Shown here: positions 53,129-62,032 of the stretch, piece by piece | How the letters are laid out: every line of letters begins with the position of its first letter | Numbering within the stretch: position 1 is the first letter of the stretch | NCBI GenBank assembly: GCA_964634215.1 | Contig: CAZWKR010000010.1 | Coordinates: 42,167-106,166, forward strand | DNA length: 64,000 bases | From: an uncultured bacterium | GTDB lineage: Bacteria; Fidelibacterota; Marinisomatia; Marinisomatales; JAHJCW01 | Reading direction: 5' to 3' | Position numbers and translations under genes: made by a program | Notes under the pieces: generated by a model | Databases searched by the model: none | What the model was told of the DNA's origin: nothing | Seen by the model: the letters and a program-made list of their open reading frames with translations, nothing else

Positions 53129-54967
53129 ATGCAAAAATTAATTGAATGCGTTCCTAATTTTAGTGATGGACGAGATTTAAATAAAATCAATCAAATTTCT
53201 GAGTCGATTAAAAAAGTAGAAGGAATAACACTTCTTGATGTAGATCCCGGGCAAGATACAAATCGTACTGTTGTAACATTTGTCGGAGCTCCCGAAGCTA
53301 TTGCGGAAGCTGCTTTTCAAGCGATTAAGACAGCTAGTGAAGTAATAGATATGAGACAACAAAAAGGTACGCACCCACGAATGGGTGCTACTGACGTTTG
53401 TCCGTTTGTCCCAGTTAGTGGAGTGACAATGGATGATTGTGTCGAGTTGTCTAAACAAGTTGGTAAACGAGTTGGAGAAGAACTTGATATACCTGTTTAT
53501 CTTTATGAATATTCTGCACAAAAACCTGACAGGACCAATTTGCCAATAATTCGGGCTGGAGAATATGAGGGTTTGGCAGATAAGTTAAAAGATCCTCATT
53601 GGAAACCTGATTTTGGGAAAGCAAAGTTCAACCCACAAGCCGGTGCAACTGTTATGGGTGGACGTGAATTTCTAATAGCATATAATATAAATTTGAATAC
53701 GCACGATACTCGTCTAGCAAATGATATTGCTTTTGAATTGCGTGAGAAAGGGCGGTCAGCTCGTATACCAAATCCATTATCAAAAAATCTTTTAGATGGT
53801 AAAATATTACGGTATGCCAAAGATAACTATCCTTGCGGTGATTGTGAAGAAACATTTACTTCAATCGAAGAATTAAGAATACACTGCTCAGATAAACACT
53901 CAATTAATATTGATGAGCTTTTAAAATCTAATGGATATTCTGAAGAAAATCTAATCGGCAAAGCAGTAAAAAAGCCGGGATATTTCAAAGATGTTAAAGC
54001 AATCGGATGGTATGTTGATACATTCAAGAGAGCACAAATTTCAATCAATTTTAACAATTTCAAAGTCTCATCAATTCATGATGTATTCGACAAAGCATGT
54101 GCGTTAGCAACAGAGCGCGGTGTACGTGTTACTGGCAGTGAATTAGTAGGGCTTATCCCATTAGATGCAATTTTGATGGCGGGTGCGCATTATTTAAAAA
54201 AACAAGGTCGCACTACCGGAATTCCTGAAGAAATGCTGATAGAATCAGCTGTACAGTCTTTAGGATTGAACGATGTTACCCCATTCATTGTCGAAGAAAA
54301 AATTATCGATTTTGCAGTTAAAAGAAAAGAAAGCAAGTTAATTGATTTATCTGTAAAAGGATTTACTGATGAATTGTCATCCAATAGTCCAGCACCGGGA
54401 GGTGGCAGTGTTGCTGCATTAGTAGGAAGTCTTGGGGCAGCCTTGACTTCTATGGTAGCGGCTTTGTCGCATGAAAAGAAAGGATATTTAAAAAAACGTG
54501 AAATGATGGAAAATGTTGGTAAAAAGACACAAAAAATTAAAGACAGATTATCTTTCTTAATTGATGAAGATACTAATGCATTCAATAAGGTTATGGCTGC
54601 CAATCGCATTTCTGCGACAACTCCTGAGGAAATTGTAGACAAAGAAAAATTAGTACTAAATGCGAATAAGTATGCTATTGAAATACCCTTAGAAGTTGCA
54701 GAAACATCATTTAAAATATTTGAAATGGCTGAGCTGATGGTGAATGAAGGAAATCCGAATTCTGTTAGTGATGTTGGAGTAGCAGGTGAAGCTGCTTTTA
54801 CTGCTGTACGTGGTGCTTGTTTAAATGTATTTATAAATTTAGATGGAGTGAGCTCAGATCAAAAGTTTGTCGATGATATGAAGAAACGAGTCGAAATATT
54901 ATTAACTGAATCAGAGCAATATCATCAAAATATTTTTGCCAAGACAAGGGAAATAATTGGTAAATAA
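53129..54967 (+). CDS. ftcD: Glutamate formiminotransferase / formiminotetrahydrofolate cyclodeaminase with inserted C2H2 zinc finger
   Basis: IECVPNFSDGR, HPRMGATDVCPFVP, GSELVGLIP, SPAPGGGSVAA, GNPNSVSD. Confidence 0.93.
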   Translation: MQKLIECVPNFSDGRDLNKINQISESIKKVEGITLLDVDPGQDTNRTVVTFVGAPEAIAEAAFQAIKTASEVIDMRQQKGTHPRMGATDVCPFVPVSGVTMDDCVELSKQVGKRVGEELDIPVYLYEYSAQKPDRTNLPIIRAGEYEGLADKLKDPHWKPDFGKAKFNPQAGATVMGGREFLIAYNINLNTHDTRLANDIAFELREKGRSARIPNPLSKNLLDGKILRYAKDNYPCGDCEETFTSIEELRIHCSDKHSINIDELLKSNGYSEENLIGKAVKKPGYFKDVKAIGWYVDTFKRAQISINFNNFKVSSIHDVFDKACALATERGVRVTGSELVGLIPLDAILMAGAHYLKKQGRTTGIPEEMLIESAVQSLGLNDVTPFIVEEKIIDFAVKRKESKLIDLSVKGFTDELSSNSPAPGGGSVAALVGSLGAALTSMVAALSHEKKGYLKKREMMENVGKKTQKIKDRLSFLIDEDTNAFNKVMAANRISATTPEEIVDKEKLVLNANKYAIEIPLEVAETSFKIFEMAELMVNEGNPNSVSDVGVAGEAAFTAVRGACLNVFINLDGVSSDQKFVDDMKKRVEILLTESEQYHQNIFAKTREIIGK

Positions 54968-56727
54968 TGCAACCAAAAATCCATCAATTATCGGAGGATT
55001 TGCGGAATAAAATATCGGCAGGCGAGGTTGTGGAAAGACCTGCGTCTGTAATTAAAGAATTGTTAGAAAACAGTATTGATGCGGGTGCGACTAAAATTGA
55101 TATTGTTGTTGAGAGCGCTGGTCAGCAAACAGTACAAATAACAGATAACGGCCACGGAATTCCTATTGAAGAATTGTCAAAAGCGTGTGAACGTTACAGT
55201 ACAAGTAAAATTACCACAGTTGCTGATTTGTTTAAAATACATACACTTGGTTTTAGGGGTGAGGCGTTAGCAAGTATTGCATCAGTTGCTGAAGTTGAAA
55301 TTGAATCCGCAACATATGATAAAGAAGGTGGAAAAATCAAATATATTGACGGAATCCCGTCAAAGATCAGTCCGGCACCAGGAATAGTTGGCACTCAAAT
55401 CACAGTTAGGAATTTATTTTACAATACACCGGCGCGTAGGAAGTTCCTAAAATCACAACGAGTGGAAATGCGACATATCGTTCAAATGGCTCGCAGATTT
55501 GCTTTAGCGTTCCCAATGATTGGATTCTCTCTTAAATCCGATGATAAATCAATATTGATTCTTCAACCTGAGCAATTAATAGAAAGAATCGCAGCTACAT
55601 TCGACCCAACTTATGGCAATAATTTATTACCGGTTAAATTTGAAAAAGGTGACTATAGAATTACTGGATTTGTTGGAAATTTAAATTTGGTTCGATCACG
55701 CCCCGGTGAACAATATTTATTTCTTAATAATCGATTTATACAAGATAGACTTCTAAATTCAGCAGCTTACGGTGCCTATCAATCTTTAGTGAATAGAGGG
55801 GAATATCCATTTTTTGTATTAAATTTGGAAGTACCAACTGATCAAGTAGATGTTAATGTTCATCCGATGAAAATACAAGTCAGATTTAAAGATGAATGGC
55901 GTATCCATCATGTATTGAAATCAAGTGTAAGCGAGGCATTAAGTTCCATGCTTGATACTATTCCTGACTTTGAAAAACCATCTTATGATAATAATTATCG
56001 GTTTAGTAATAGTAGTAATCCACAGTATAATCCGAATCAGGATACTATAAATTTTAGAGCACAAAGCCAAAGTCATGATCAATCATTTGGTTCGGATGGA
56101 TTGGAACGAGCGAAAACATATGTATCGCAATTAGCGGATACACAGGTCGATAAAAAAGTAATTGATACAGATAATTTTTGGCAGATCCATTCAAAATTTA
56201 TTTTAGCACAGATTAGCAGCGGGTTGGTCATAATTGATCAGCATGTAGCACATGAACGAATATTATTTGAAGAAGCAATTACCGCTTTTAGTAAAAATCC
56301 GATGGCTTCACAGACTTTATTATTTCCTGAAGAGATGCAATTTGCCCCTGATGAATATTCCGTTTTATTAGAAATACTTCCATATCTTGAAAAGATTGGA
56401 TTTAGAATGAAGCAATCCAACAAAGATACAGTACTTATTGAATCCATTCCTTCAGAAATGACATGGGGTCGAGAGAAAGAAGTTATAAAGGATATTATCG
56501 ATAATTTCGAAACATCACACAAAGAGTACAGTTCCTTGCAAGAAACTATCGCTGCTTCGTTTGCTTGTCACGCTGCTATTAAGGCTGGCGATAAATTATC
56601 TACCGAAGAGATGCGAGAATTAGTTGATCGACTTTTCGGAACTAAACATCCTTACTATTGTCCGCATGGACGTCCGATTATCGTTCAATTATCCTTAGAA
56701 GAATTGGATAAAAGATTTGAAAGATAA
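54967..56727 (+). CDS. mutL: DNA mismatch repair endonuclease MutL
   Basis: AGEVVERPASVIKELLENSIDAG, GFRGEALAS, DQHVAHERILFE, ACHAA, CPHGRP. Confidence 0.97.
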   Translation: MQPKIHQLSEDLRNKISAGEVVERPASVIKELLENSIDAGATKIDIVVESAGQQTVQITDNGHGIPIEELSKACERYSTSKITTVADLFKIHTLGFRGEALASIASVAEVEIESATYDKEGGKIKYIDGIPSKISPAPGIVGTQITVRNLFYNTPARRKFLKSQRVEMRHIVQMARRFALAFPMIGFSLKSDDKSILILQPEQLIERIAATFDPTYGNNLLPVKFEKGDYRITGFVGNLNLVRSRPGEQYLFLNNRFIQDRLLNSAAYGAYQSLVNRGEYPFFVLNLEVPTDQVDVNVHPMKIQVRFKDEWRIHHVLKSSVSEALSSMLDTIPDFEKPSYDNNYRFSNSSNPQYNPNQDTINFRAQSQSHDQSFGSDGLERAKTYVSQLADTQVDKKVIDTDNFWQIHSKFILAQISSGLVIIDQHVAHERILFEEAITAFSKNPMASQTLLFPEEMQFAPDEYSVLLEILPYLEKIGFRMKQSNKDTVLIESIPSEMTWGREKEVIKDIIDNFETSHKEYSSLQETIAASFACHAAIKAGDKLSTEEMRELVDRLFGTKHPYYCPHGRPIIVQLSLEELDKRFER

Positions 56728-56788
56728 CGGTTGGTGTATGTGGCGTAGCTGCGTTTAGCAGCAATGAACATCATACACATTGTTAGCA
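56722..56788 (-). mobile_element. attC-like recombination site (67 bp)
   Basis: Minus strand: TGCTAAC-aat-GTGTATG-a-TG...GCTGC-taaac-GCAGC...CA-CATACAC-caacc-GTTATCT; long imperfect hairpin with an extrahelical base, starting 5 nt after the cassette gene stop. Confidence 0.8.
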
Positions 56789-57769
56789 ATTGGTTATTTT
56801 CTTTTAAGATTAAAAATACCACTAGCATTTACCCAATACACTTCTCCTTTGGTTACCCCTTTCCACCCACTCTCTGGTGGATCACTGTATCTTTTTGAAA
56901 AGAAAAAATACTTACGATCTGGCGACATGTAAGGACAGAAATATATCCAATCTTTGGTTAGCGGTTCTCCGAGGTCAAAATAAATTGGTGTTTGCCATTT
57001 GTCATTTTTTTTAAATGATACAGCAAATCCCTTTTCTTCAGTATAAGTGTTTGCGGTAATCAAAAAACTCTCATCGGGTGAAATGTAGGTGCTTCGTTCA
57101 CTTTTTTTTGAATTCACTTCTGAACCAATATTTACAGGTGTGTCAAATTTTCCATCTCCCAAATATTGAGCCCTATAAATATCCCGTTTACCAAAACCAC
57201 CTGGACGGTCAGATGTAAAGTATAGACTTCCGTCAGCAACTACTATTGGGTATGACTCTGCGTATTCTTCAGTTGATATTGGGTGTTCAACCTTTGAAGC
57301 TATTTGCCATTTACCTTGAAAATTTTGACTTTTGTAGATATCTGGTTTAGCATTTTTTGAACGGTCTGCAGGGCTAATACCAAGAAAATACATTATATTT
57401 CCTTCTTGATTAATTGATGGGTCAATAGCAACGGATTCACCATCCTGGTCAGAATACATTTGAATTGGTTCTGGCACAGTCCAATTACCATCAATTAATT
57501 CAGAATAATGTATAACAAAGCTTTCATCAATAATTCTCGTAAAAAACAATTCAGTAAAAGTAGAGTTAAACACCGTATTAATTTCTATACTATCTGTATT
57601 AACTATTGCCGGGGCAAATAACTCAGGCGTGATACCAGGTAGTTTTTGGTCTAAATAGGAATTATATAAATTTTTCGGTTTACAGCTATGCAAAATAAAA
57701 GATAGTCCAAATACTGCTAAAAAATAATACTTTCTATTCATTTTGTGTCTGATTTAAAATAATTGCTAA
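56728..57769 (-). mobile_element. Solitary integron-type gene cassette (one ORF + attC) inserted at the mutL stop codon
   Basis: Begins G|TTAGCAATT at 57770 and ends in attC; 11-bp perfect inverted repeat TGTTAGCAATT (56781-56791) / AATTGCTAACA (57761-57771) brackets the ORF. Confidence 0.75.
56794..57741 (-). CDS. PD40/TolB-like beta-propeller lipoprotein (cassette gene)
   Basis: Lipobox LHSC, PELFAP, repeated P..S.DG..YF.S motifs (SLYFTSDRPGGFGKRDIY, PYMSPDRKYFFFS). Confidence 0.8.
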   Translation of the reverse strand: MNRKYYFLAVFGLSFILHSCKPKNLYNSYLDQKLPGITPELFAPAIVNTDSIEINTVFNSTFTELFFTRIIDESFVIHYSELIDGNWTVPEPIQMYSDQDGESVAIDPSINQEGNIMYFLGISPADRSKNAKPDIYKSQNFQGKWQIASKVEHPISTEEYAESYPIVVADGSLYFTSDRPGGFGKRDIYRAQYLGDGKFDTPVNIGSEVNSKKSERSTYISPDESFLITANTYTEEKGFAVSFKKNDKWQTPIYFDLGEPLTKDWIYFCPYMSPDRKYFFFSKRYSDPPESGWKGVTKGEVYWVNASGIFNLKRK

Positions 57770-57816
57770 CATACCAATACACGCATTGGGTTTATTAAGA
57801 AATAGAAGAATAAACT

Positions 57817-58146
57817 CTAAAAGGAAAAACCTCCGGGAATATTCATTGATTTAAAAATAGCATCCATAATCCGTTCGGTAAGTTTTGCGTATCTTTCCTG
57901 TTGCTCTCTATTCCATTTTGTAACATTTCGTAATTCTTTTGCTTCATCTTCCATCTCTTCAATTATTTTATTCATTTCGTCAGAGTCTTCATCTGTGAAT
58001 TCACCATCTGCAATTGATGCTTCCCATTTCTCTACTACTTTCTCATAATCGTCTAAAAAATTATCAACAGATTGTTGATCAGATTTACCACAACTGATCA
58101 TTAGAATTACCATTAGCACAATGGATACTTTTAAGATATTTTTCAT
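57817..58146 (-). CDS. Hypothetical helical lipoprotein
   Basis: Lipobox MISC, acidic amphipathic helices, RBS AGGAG. Confidence 0.75.
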   Translation of the reverse strand: MKNILKVSIVLMVILMISCGKSDQQSVDNFLDDYEKVVEKWEASIADGEFTDEDSDEMNKIIEEMEDEAKELRNVTKWNREQQERYAKLTERIMDAIFKSMNIPGGFSF

Positions 58147-58293
58147 TTTTATTCTCCTACAATATTGTTTTAACTATTATTAATTCTATTAAACTTATGA
58201 AAGTTATTAAGTACAATTATAATTCGACAATGAATTATGGAAGAGTATTTTATATAAAAAACGTTTTTTAGTACGTTAATATTAAAAGATTAT

Positions 58294-58521
58294 TTATATT
58301 GATTCATCAAGGTTTTCTAGTGAAAACCGGGCGTTTTTAAATATATGATGTAGAGTTGATTTCTTAATTGGTCTGTGTGTGGGAATAGTAAGTTTTAATA
58401 CTTCGGTGCTAGTTCGTTTGTGTAATCGGAGTTGGTTTCCTTTCTTCCGAACAATCACCCAACCGTCTTTCCGCAAATTGGATATTACCTGTTCATAGCC
58501 AATGCTCGGTAATTCAATCAA
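58294..58521 (-). CDS. hicA: HicA-family toxin (catalytic His apparently replaced)
   Basis: LRKDGWVIVRKKGNQLRL...TIPTHRPIKKSTL pattern; TTG start overlapping the hicB stop. Confidence 0.8.
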   Translation of the reverse strand: MIELPSIGYEQVISNLRKDGWVIVRKKGNQLRLHKRTSTEVLKLTIPTHRPIKKSTLHHIFKNARFSLENLDESI

Positions 58522-58721
58522 ATTGATACCTCTAATGTTTTCTCATTTGGAGCAAAATCTGAATCGTCTTCAACCGGTTCCAGATATAATTCAACTGATT
58601 CCTGTACATTGGCAAGAGCTTCTTCTTCGGTTTCACCCTCAGTGATGCATCCCGGAAGAGATGGAACGATAATTGTGTATCCTCCTTCAGGACTTGGTTC
58701 TAATATAACTTTTAACTTCAT
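58518..58721 (-). CDS. hicB: HicB-family antitoxin (short, no DNA-binding domain)
   Basis: EGGYTIIVPSLPGCITEGETEEEALANVQE. Confidence 0.9.
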   Translation of the reverse strand: MKLKVILEPSPEGGYTIIVPSLPGCITEGETEEEALANVQESVELYLEPVEDDSDFAPNEKTLEVSI

Positions 58722-58868
58722 ATTAAATAACCATAACGAAGTTTATTGTGATAGAATTATTCAATACTTCCCCATACTAACAAAAATAAGGCTCACCATA
58801 GCCGGTTAAATATAGAAACTGGTTTAGTATTTGTGCAATAGTATTATTAGGATAATAAATTAAAAATA

Positions 58869-59426
58869 TTAGTCAAAATTTATTACAACATCTTGCTTGT
58901 CAGATTCAGCCACTTCAAACATTTCCTCATCGGTATAACCCATCATTCTTGCAACAATCACATCTGGAATTGATTGTATCCGGATATTGTATTGATTAAC
59001 ACTGTCGTTATAAAATTCACGCCGATCTGCAATTTCATTCTCAATACCGCTAATACGACTTTGCAGTTGCATAAAATTTTCATTTGCTTTGAGATTGGGA
59101 TAATTTTCAGCAACTGCAAATAATGATTTTAGTGCACCAGATATCATATTGTCTGCAGCTGCAGACTCAGAGACAGTATTCGCATTAAGAAAATTAGTGC
59201 GTGCCTTAGTAAGATTTTCCAAGACTTCCTTCTCATGTTTCATATATCCTTTAACAGTGGCAATGAGTTTTGGAAGCTCATCAGATCTTTGTTTAAGCAA
59301 GATATCAATATTTGCCCATGATTTTTTTATATTATTCTTCAGCTTAATTAAGCCATTGTAAATCGTTATAATATAACCGGTTATTGCTACTGCAATCAAA
59401 ATTAGTACTAGTATACCCGTTTCCAT
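58869..59426 (-). CDS. lemA: LemA family protein
   Basis: N-terminal TM, YNGL, WANIDILLKQR, AENYPNLKANENF, RREFYN. Confidence 0.93.
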   Translation of the reverse strand: METGILVLILIAVAITGYIITIYNGLIKLKNNIKKSWANIDILLKQRSDELPKLIATVKGYMKHEKEVLENLTKARTNFLNANTVSESAAADNMISGALKSLFAVAENYPNLKANENFMQLQSRISGIENEIADRREFYNDSVNQYNIRIQSIPDVIVARMMGYTDEEMFEVAESDKQDVVINFD

Positions 59427-59488
59427 TATTTACTCCAATTTAAAATTGTCAATTAGTTGTTTTTATATAAAATATACTCATGATGAAA

Positions 59489-60253
59489 TTAGATATTTGA
59501 AAAAATATTTAATAATATATTAAAACAAATAATTATAATGATGCTTCCACCGATAAGACCACCTAAGGCTTTTATCAAATATGTTTTAATAACACCTTTC
59601 TCGGGTTTTTGTGATATATGATATAATTTCCCTTTTCCCCGATATATCATTATGTCTTCTGCACTATGCTGTGCAGTACCGTCGGCTTTGAAAGGATTAT
59701 CTGTTGCACTACCAATGATATATAATTGTTCTCCGGGTACAATCATTGATTCTCGATAGCGCATTCGGTAATTAATTCCGAAAAATCCTTCATATTTTAA
59801 ATTGTTCGAATTGAGAAATTTCAGAATAATGAGTGATGGATCTTGTCCTGTACCAGATGTATAAGTTGTACTCTTAATATCGATGCCAGCTCCAACTGGA
59901 TCAATTAGTACCAATCCTGTATTATCTTGTAATTTAAACGGAAGGGATGTTTTTCCAGAATTGACTACCTGCCAATGATGTTTATCATTCCTTTTTACCC
60001 AACGTTCAACAGTATATTTGTAATAAACACATTTAGTATTAGAAAATGGACTATTCAACAAATTCTTTTCAATAGGTACTACTCTACCAAATATTTCCAC
60101 TAAACCCATTGCAATAGAACGAATTTTAGAAGTTGGAATATTTTCAATTAAACGTTTATAACCGAACCATTTTAAGCCAACAATAAACAATATTATCCCA
60201 AAAATTAGACCACCTATTGGAATTAGTATATCTAAAGCTTCGTATGAAGACAT
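59489..60253 (-). CDS. GIDE-domain membrane protein
   Basis: TM - IENIPTSKIRSIAMGLVEIFG - CVYYKY - LIDPVGA - YRESMI..G..LYIIG - TM; adjacent to lemA. Confidence 0.7.
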   Translation of the reverse strand: MSSYEALDILIPIGGLIFGIILFIVGLKWFGYKRLIENIPTSKIRSIAMGLVEIFGRVVPIEKNLLNSPFSNTKCVYYKYTVERWVKRNDKHHWQVVNSGKTSLPFKLQDNTGLVLIDPVGAGIDIKSTTYTSGTGQDPSLIILKFLNSNNLKYEGFFGINYRMRYRESMIVPGEQLYIIGSATDNPFKADGTAQHSAEDIMIYRGKGKLYHISQKPEKGVIKTYLIKALGGLIGGSIIIIICFNILLNIFSNI

Positions 60254-60290
60254 GGTAATATCAATATTTATTAGGATTAATAAATTTTCA

Positions 60291-60611
60291 TTACTGTTTA
60301 TTTAATTTAACAGCAGTACCGTACGCCAAAAGCTCTGCAGAGCCTGTCATTACTGATGAAGTTGTGTAGCGCAAACATACAATTCCATCAGCACCTAGTT
60401 CTTCTGCCTGAGCTATCATTCTATCGTATGCTTGTTCTCGTGATTCTGCTAACATTTTTGTGTATTCAGTGATTTCACCACCTACAATTGTTCGTAACCC
60501 TGCCATTATATCTTTTCCAACGTGTCTAGCTCTTATTGTATTTCCTCTTACTATTCCCAAGGTTTCAGAAATATTATAATCAGCAAATTGATCTTGAGTT
60601 GTAATTAACAT
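60291..60611 (-). CDS. YbjQ/UPF0145 family protein
   Basis: GIVRG, DIMAGLRTIVGGE, LGADGIV, AYGTAV. Confidence 0.9.
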   Translation of the reverse strand: MLITTQDQFADYNISETLGIVRGNTIRARHVGKDIMAGLRTIVGGEITEYTKMLAESREQAYDRMIAQAEELGADGIVCLRYTTSSVMTGSAELLAYGTAVKLNKQ

Positions 60612-60619
60612 ATCTTCTC

Positions 60620-60823
60620 CTATTTTTCAATTGTATTTGAATAGTGATTATCTTCCTTGTTCACAAGTCGATCCTTAACAACTTTTGCAAATAGAAATCC
60701 AATCCCTAAAATTGCAATAAATCCAATTATTCCTACTGGAAAAGCAGCAATAACTCCAATAATAATCGCAATAATCCAAGAAACTGCGGCAATACTCAAT
60801 AATATGTATCCTATGTTTTCCAT
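60620..60823 (-). CDS. Small hypothetical membrane protein
   Basis: 67 aa, two TM helices, GGAG RBS, operonic spacing. Confidence 0.75.
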   Translation of the reverse strand: MENIGYILLSIAAVSWIIAIIIGVIAAFPVGIIGFIAILGIGFLFAKVVKDRLVNKEDNHYSNTIEK

Positions 60824-60847
60824 TTTATCTCCAATGGTTAGAATTAA

Positions 60848-61462
60848 TTATTTAATTTTTTCTAATACTTTAAGAACCACGCCATTTAGCGCAAAATAAT
60901 GGTTTTCAACTTCCTTCAATGATGAGCCATCTAGTAGTGTATCTAACCCTTCGGAGACAACGTACTCTTTATAATGTTTATAATGGTCATCACCGGCGCG
61001 TGATTCGATAAAACTGATACCCTTGCGTGCTAAGAAAGATGTATTTCCATCAATCGAAAAATCTACAAGTATAACATGACCATTCTTCTTAGTTAATCGA
61101 ATCATTTCGTTTAGTATTGTTTTAGCTGATGAGTGGGATTTTTCATGCAATGCAAAAGTGGTCATGGTCATATCGAATGATTCATCGTTAAAATTAATTT
61201 TTTCAGCGTCTTGCTCAAAACAATTTGCTTTAATTTTACCAGAGTCTGCAATCTCTAGCATTGCCTTTGATAAATCAACGCCCGTTCCTTCAATACCGTG
61301 TTTTTTCAGTAATTTTAATTGATTACCCGTACCGCAACAGACATCTAGTATTTTACCATATTGATTCTTTTTTACAATTTGGAGAACCTTTTTTCTAATC
61401 CGCCAAACAAATAAGTGTAAAAATTTATCATAATATTTTGCTGATTTATATTCGTCTTCCAT
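60848..61462 (-). CDS. Class I SAM-dependent methyltransferase (UbiE-like)
   Basis: ILDVCCGTG, GVDLS, FALHE, ILVDF; start at ATG 61462. Confidence 0.85.
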   Translation of the reverse strand: MEDEYKSAKYYDKFLHLFVWRIRKKVLQIVKKNQYGKILDVCCGTGNQLKLLKKHGIEGTGVDLSKAMLEIADSGKIKANCFEQDAEKINFNDESFDMTMTTFALHEKSHSSAKTILNEMIRLTKKNGHVILVDFSIDGNTSFLARKGISFIESRAGDDHYKHYKEYVVSEGLDTLLDGSSLKEVENHYFALNGVVLKVLEKIK

Positions 61463-61463
61463 A

Positions 61464-62012
61464 TTAGTCAGTTGTGAGTCCTTTTTGAAATAGTAAAGAT
61501 AATAATCCAATAATGATATAAATAATTCCAATAGCTATAATAACAAATTTTATCGATGCAAAATAATATGCGATACTAGAATAAACACTGTTTAGCGAAC
61601 CTAGTAATAATTTGATCAATGCTGCATTCTCAATTGCATCAAATAATGCTGCCACTAATTGCAGCCACGCAAGATAAACACCAAGTGTGTAAAACCAATG
61701 AGTACGATCCTTAAACTTTTTTGCAACAGAAAAACAGGCCACTGCAAAAAAGATTCCATAAACAAATAAAAATAAAAAATCAATCCCAAGACTGAGCCCT
61801 GCATTTATTTTTGTATTAGTATCCCAAGAAGCTAACATCGCTTGCGACTGCTCCAAAGATTTTGCTAACTCAAACGAAATAATTCCGCCGGGTGCTTCTG
61901 ACGTAATAAGTGGTTCACTGACAGATCTCATAGCAAGAAATACAATTGCTGTAAGAATTCCAAAGAATAATAGTAGTTGTTTTTGTGAGTTATTTTGTAA
62001 TCGATCAAGCAT
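61464..62012 (-). CDS. Hypothetical membrane protein
   Basis: Four TM segments; GIISFELA, DFLF, FDAIEN; AGGAG RBS. Confidence 0.75.
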   Translation of the reverse strand: MLDRLQNNSQKQLLLFFGILTAIVFLAMRSVSEPLITSEAPGGIISFELAKSLEQSQAMLASWDTNTKINAGLSLGIDFLFLFVYGIFFAVACFSVAKKFKDRTHWFYTLGVYLAWLQLVAALFDAIENAALIKLLLGSLNSVYSSIAYYFASIKFVIIAIGIIYIIIGLLSLLFQKGLTTD

Positions 62013-62032
62013 TATTTACTCCTGTATCTTAG

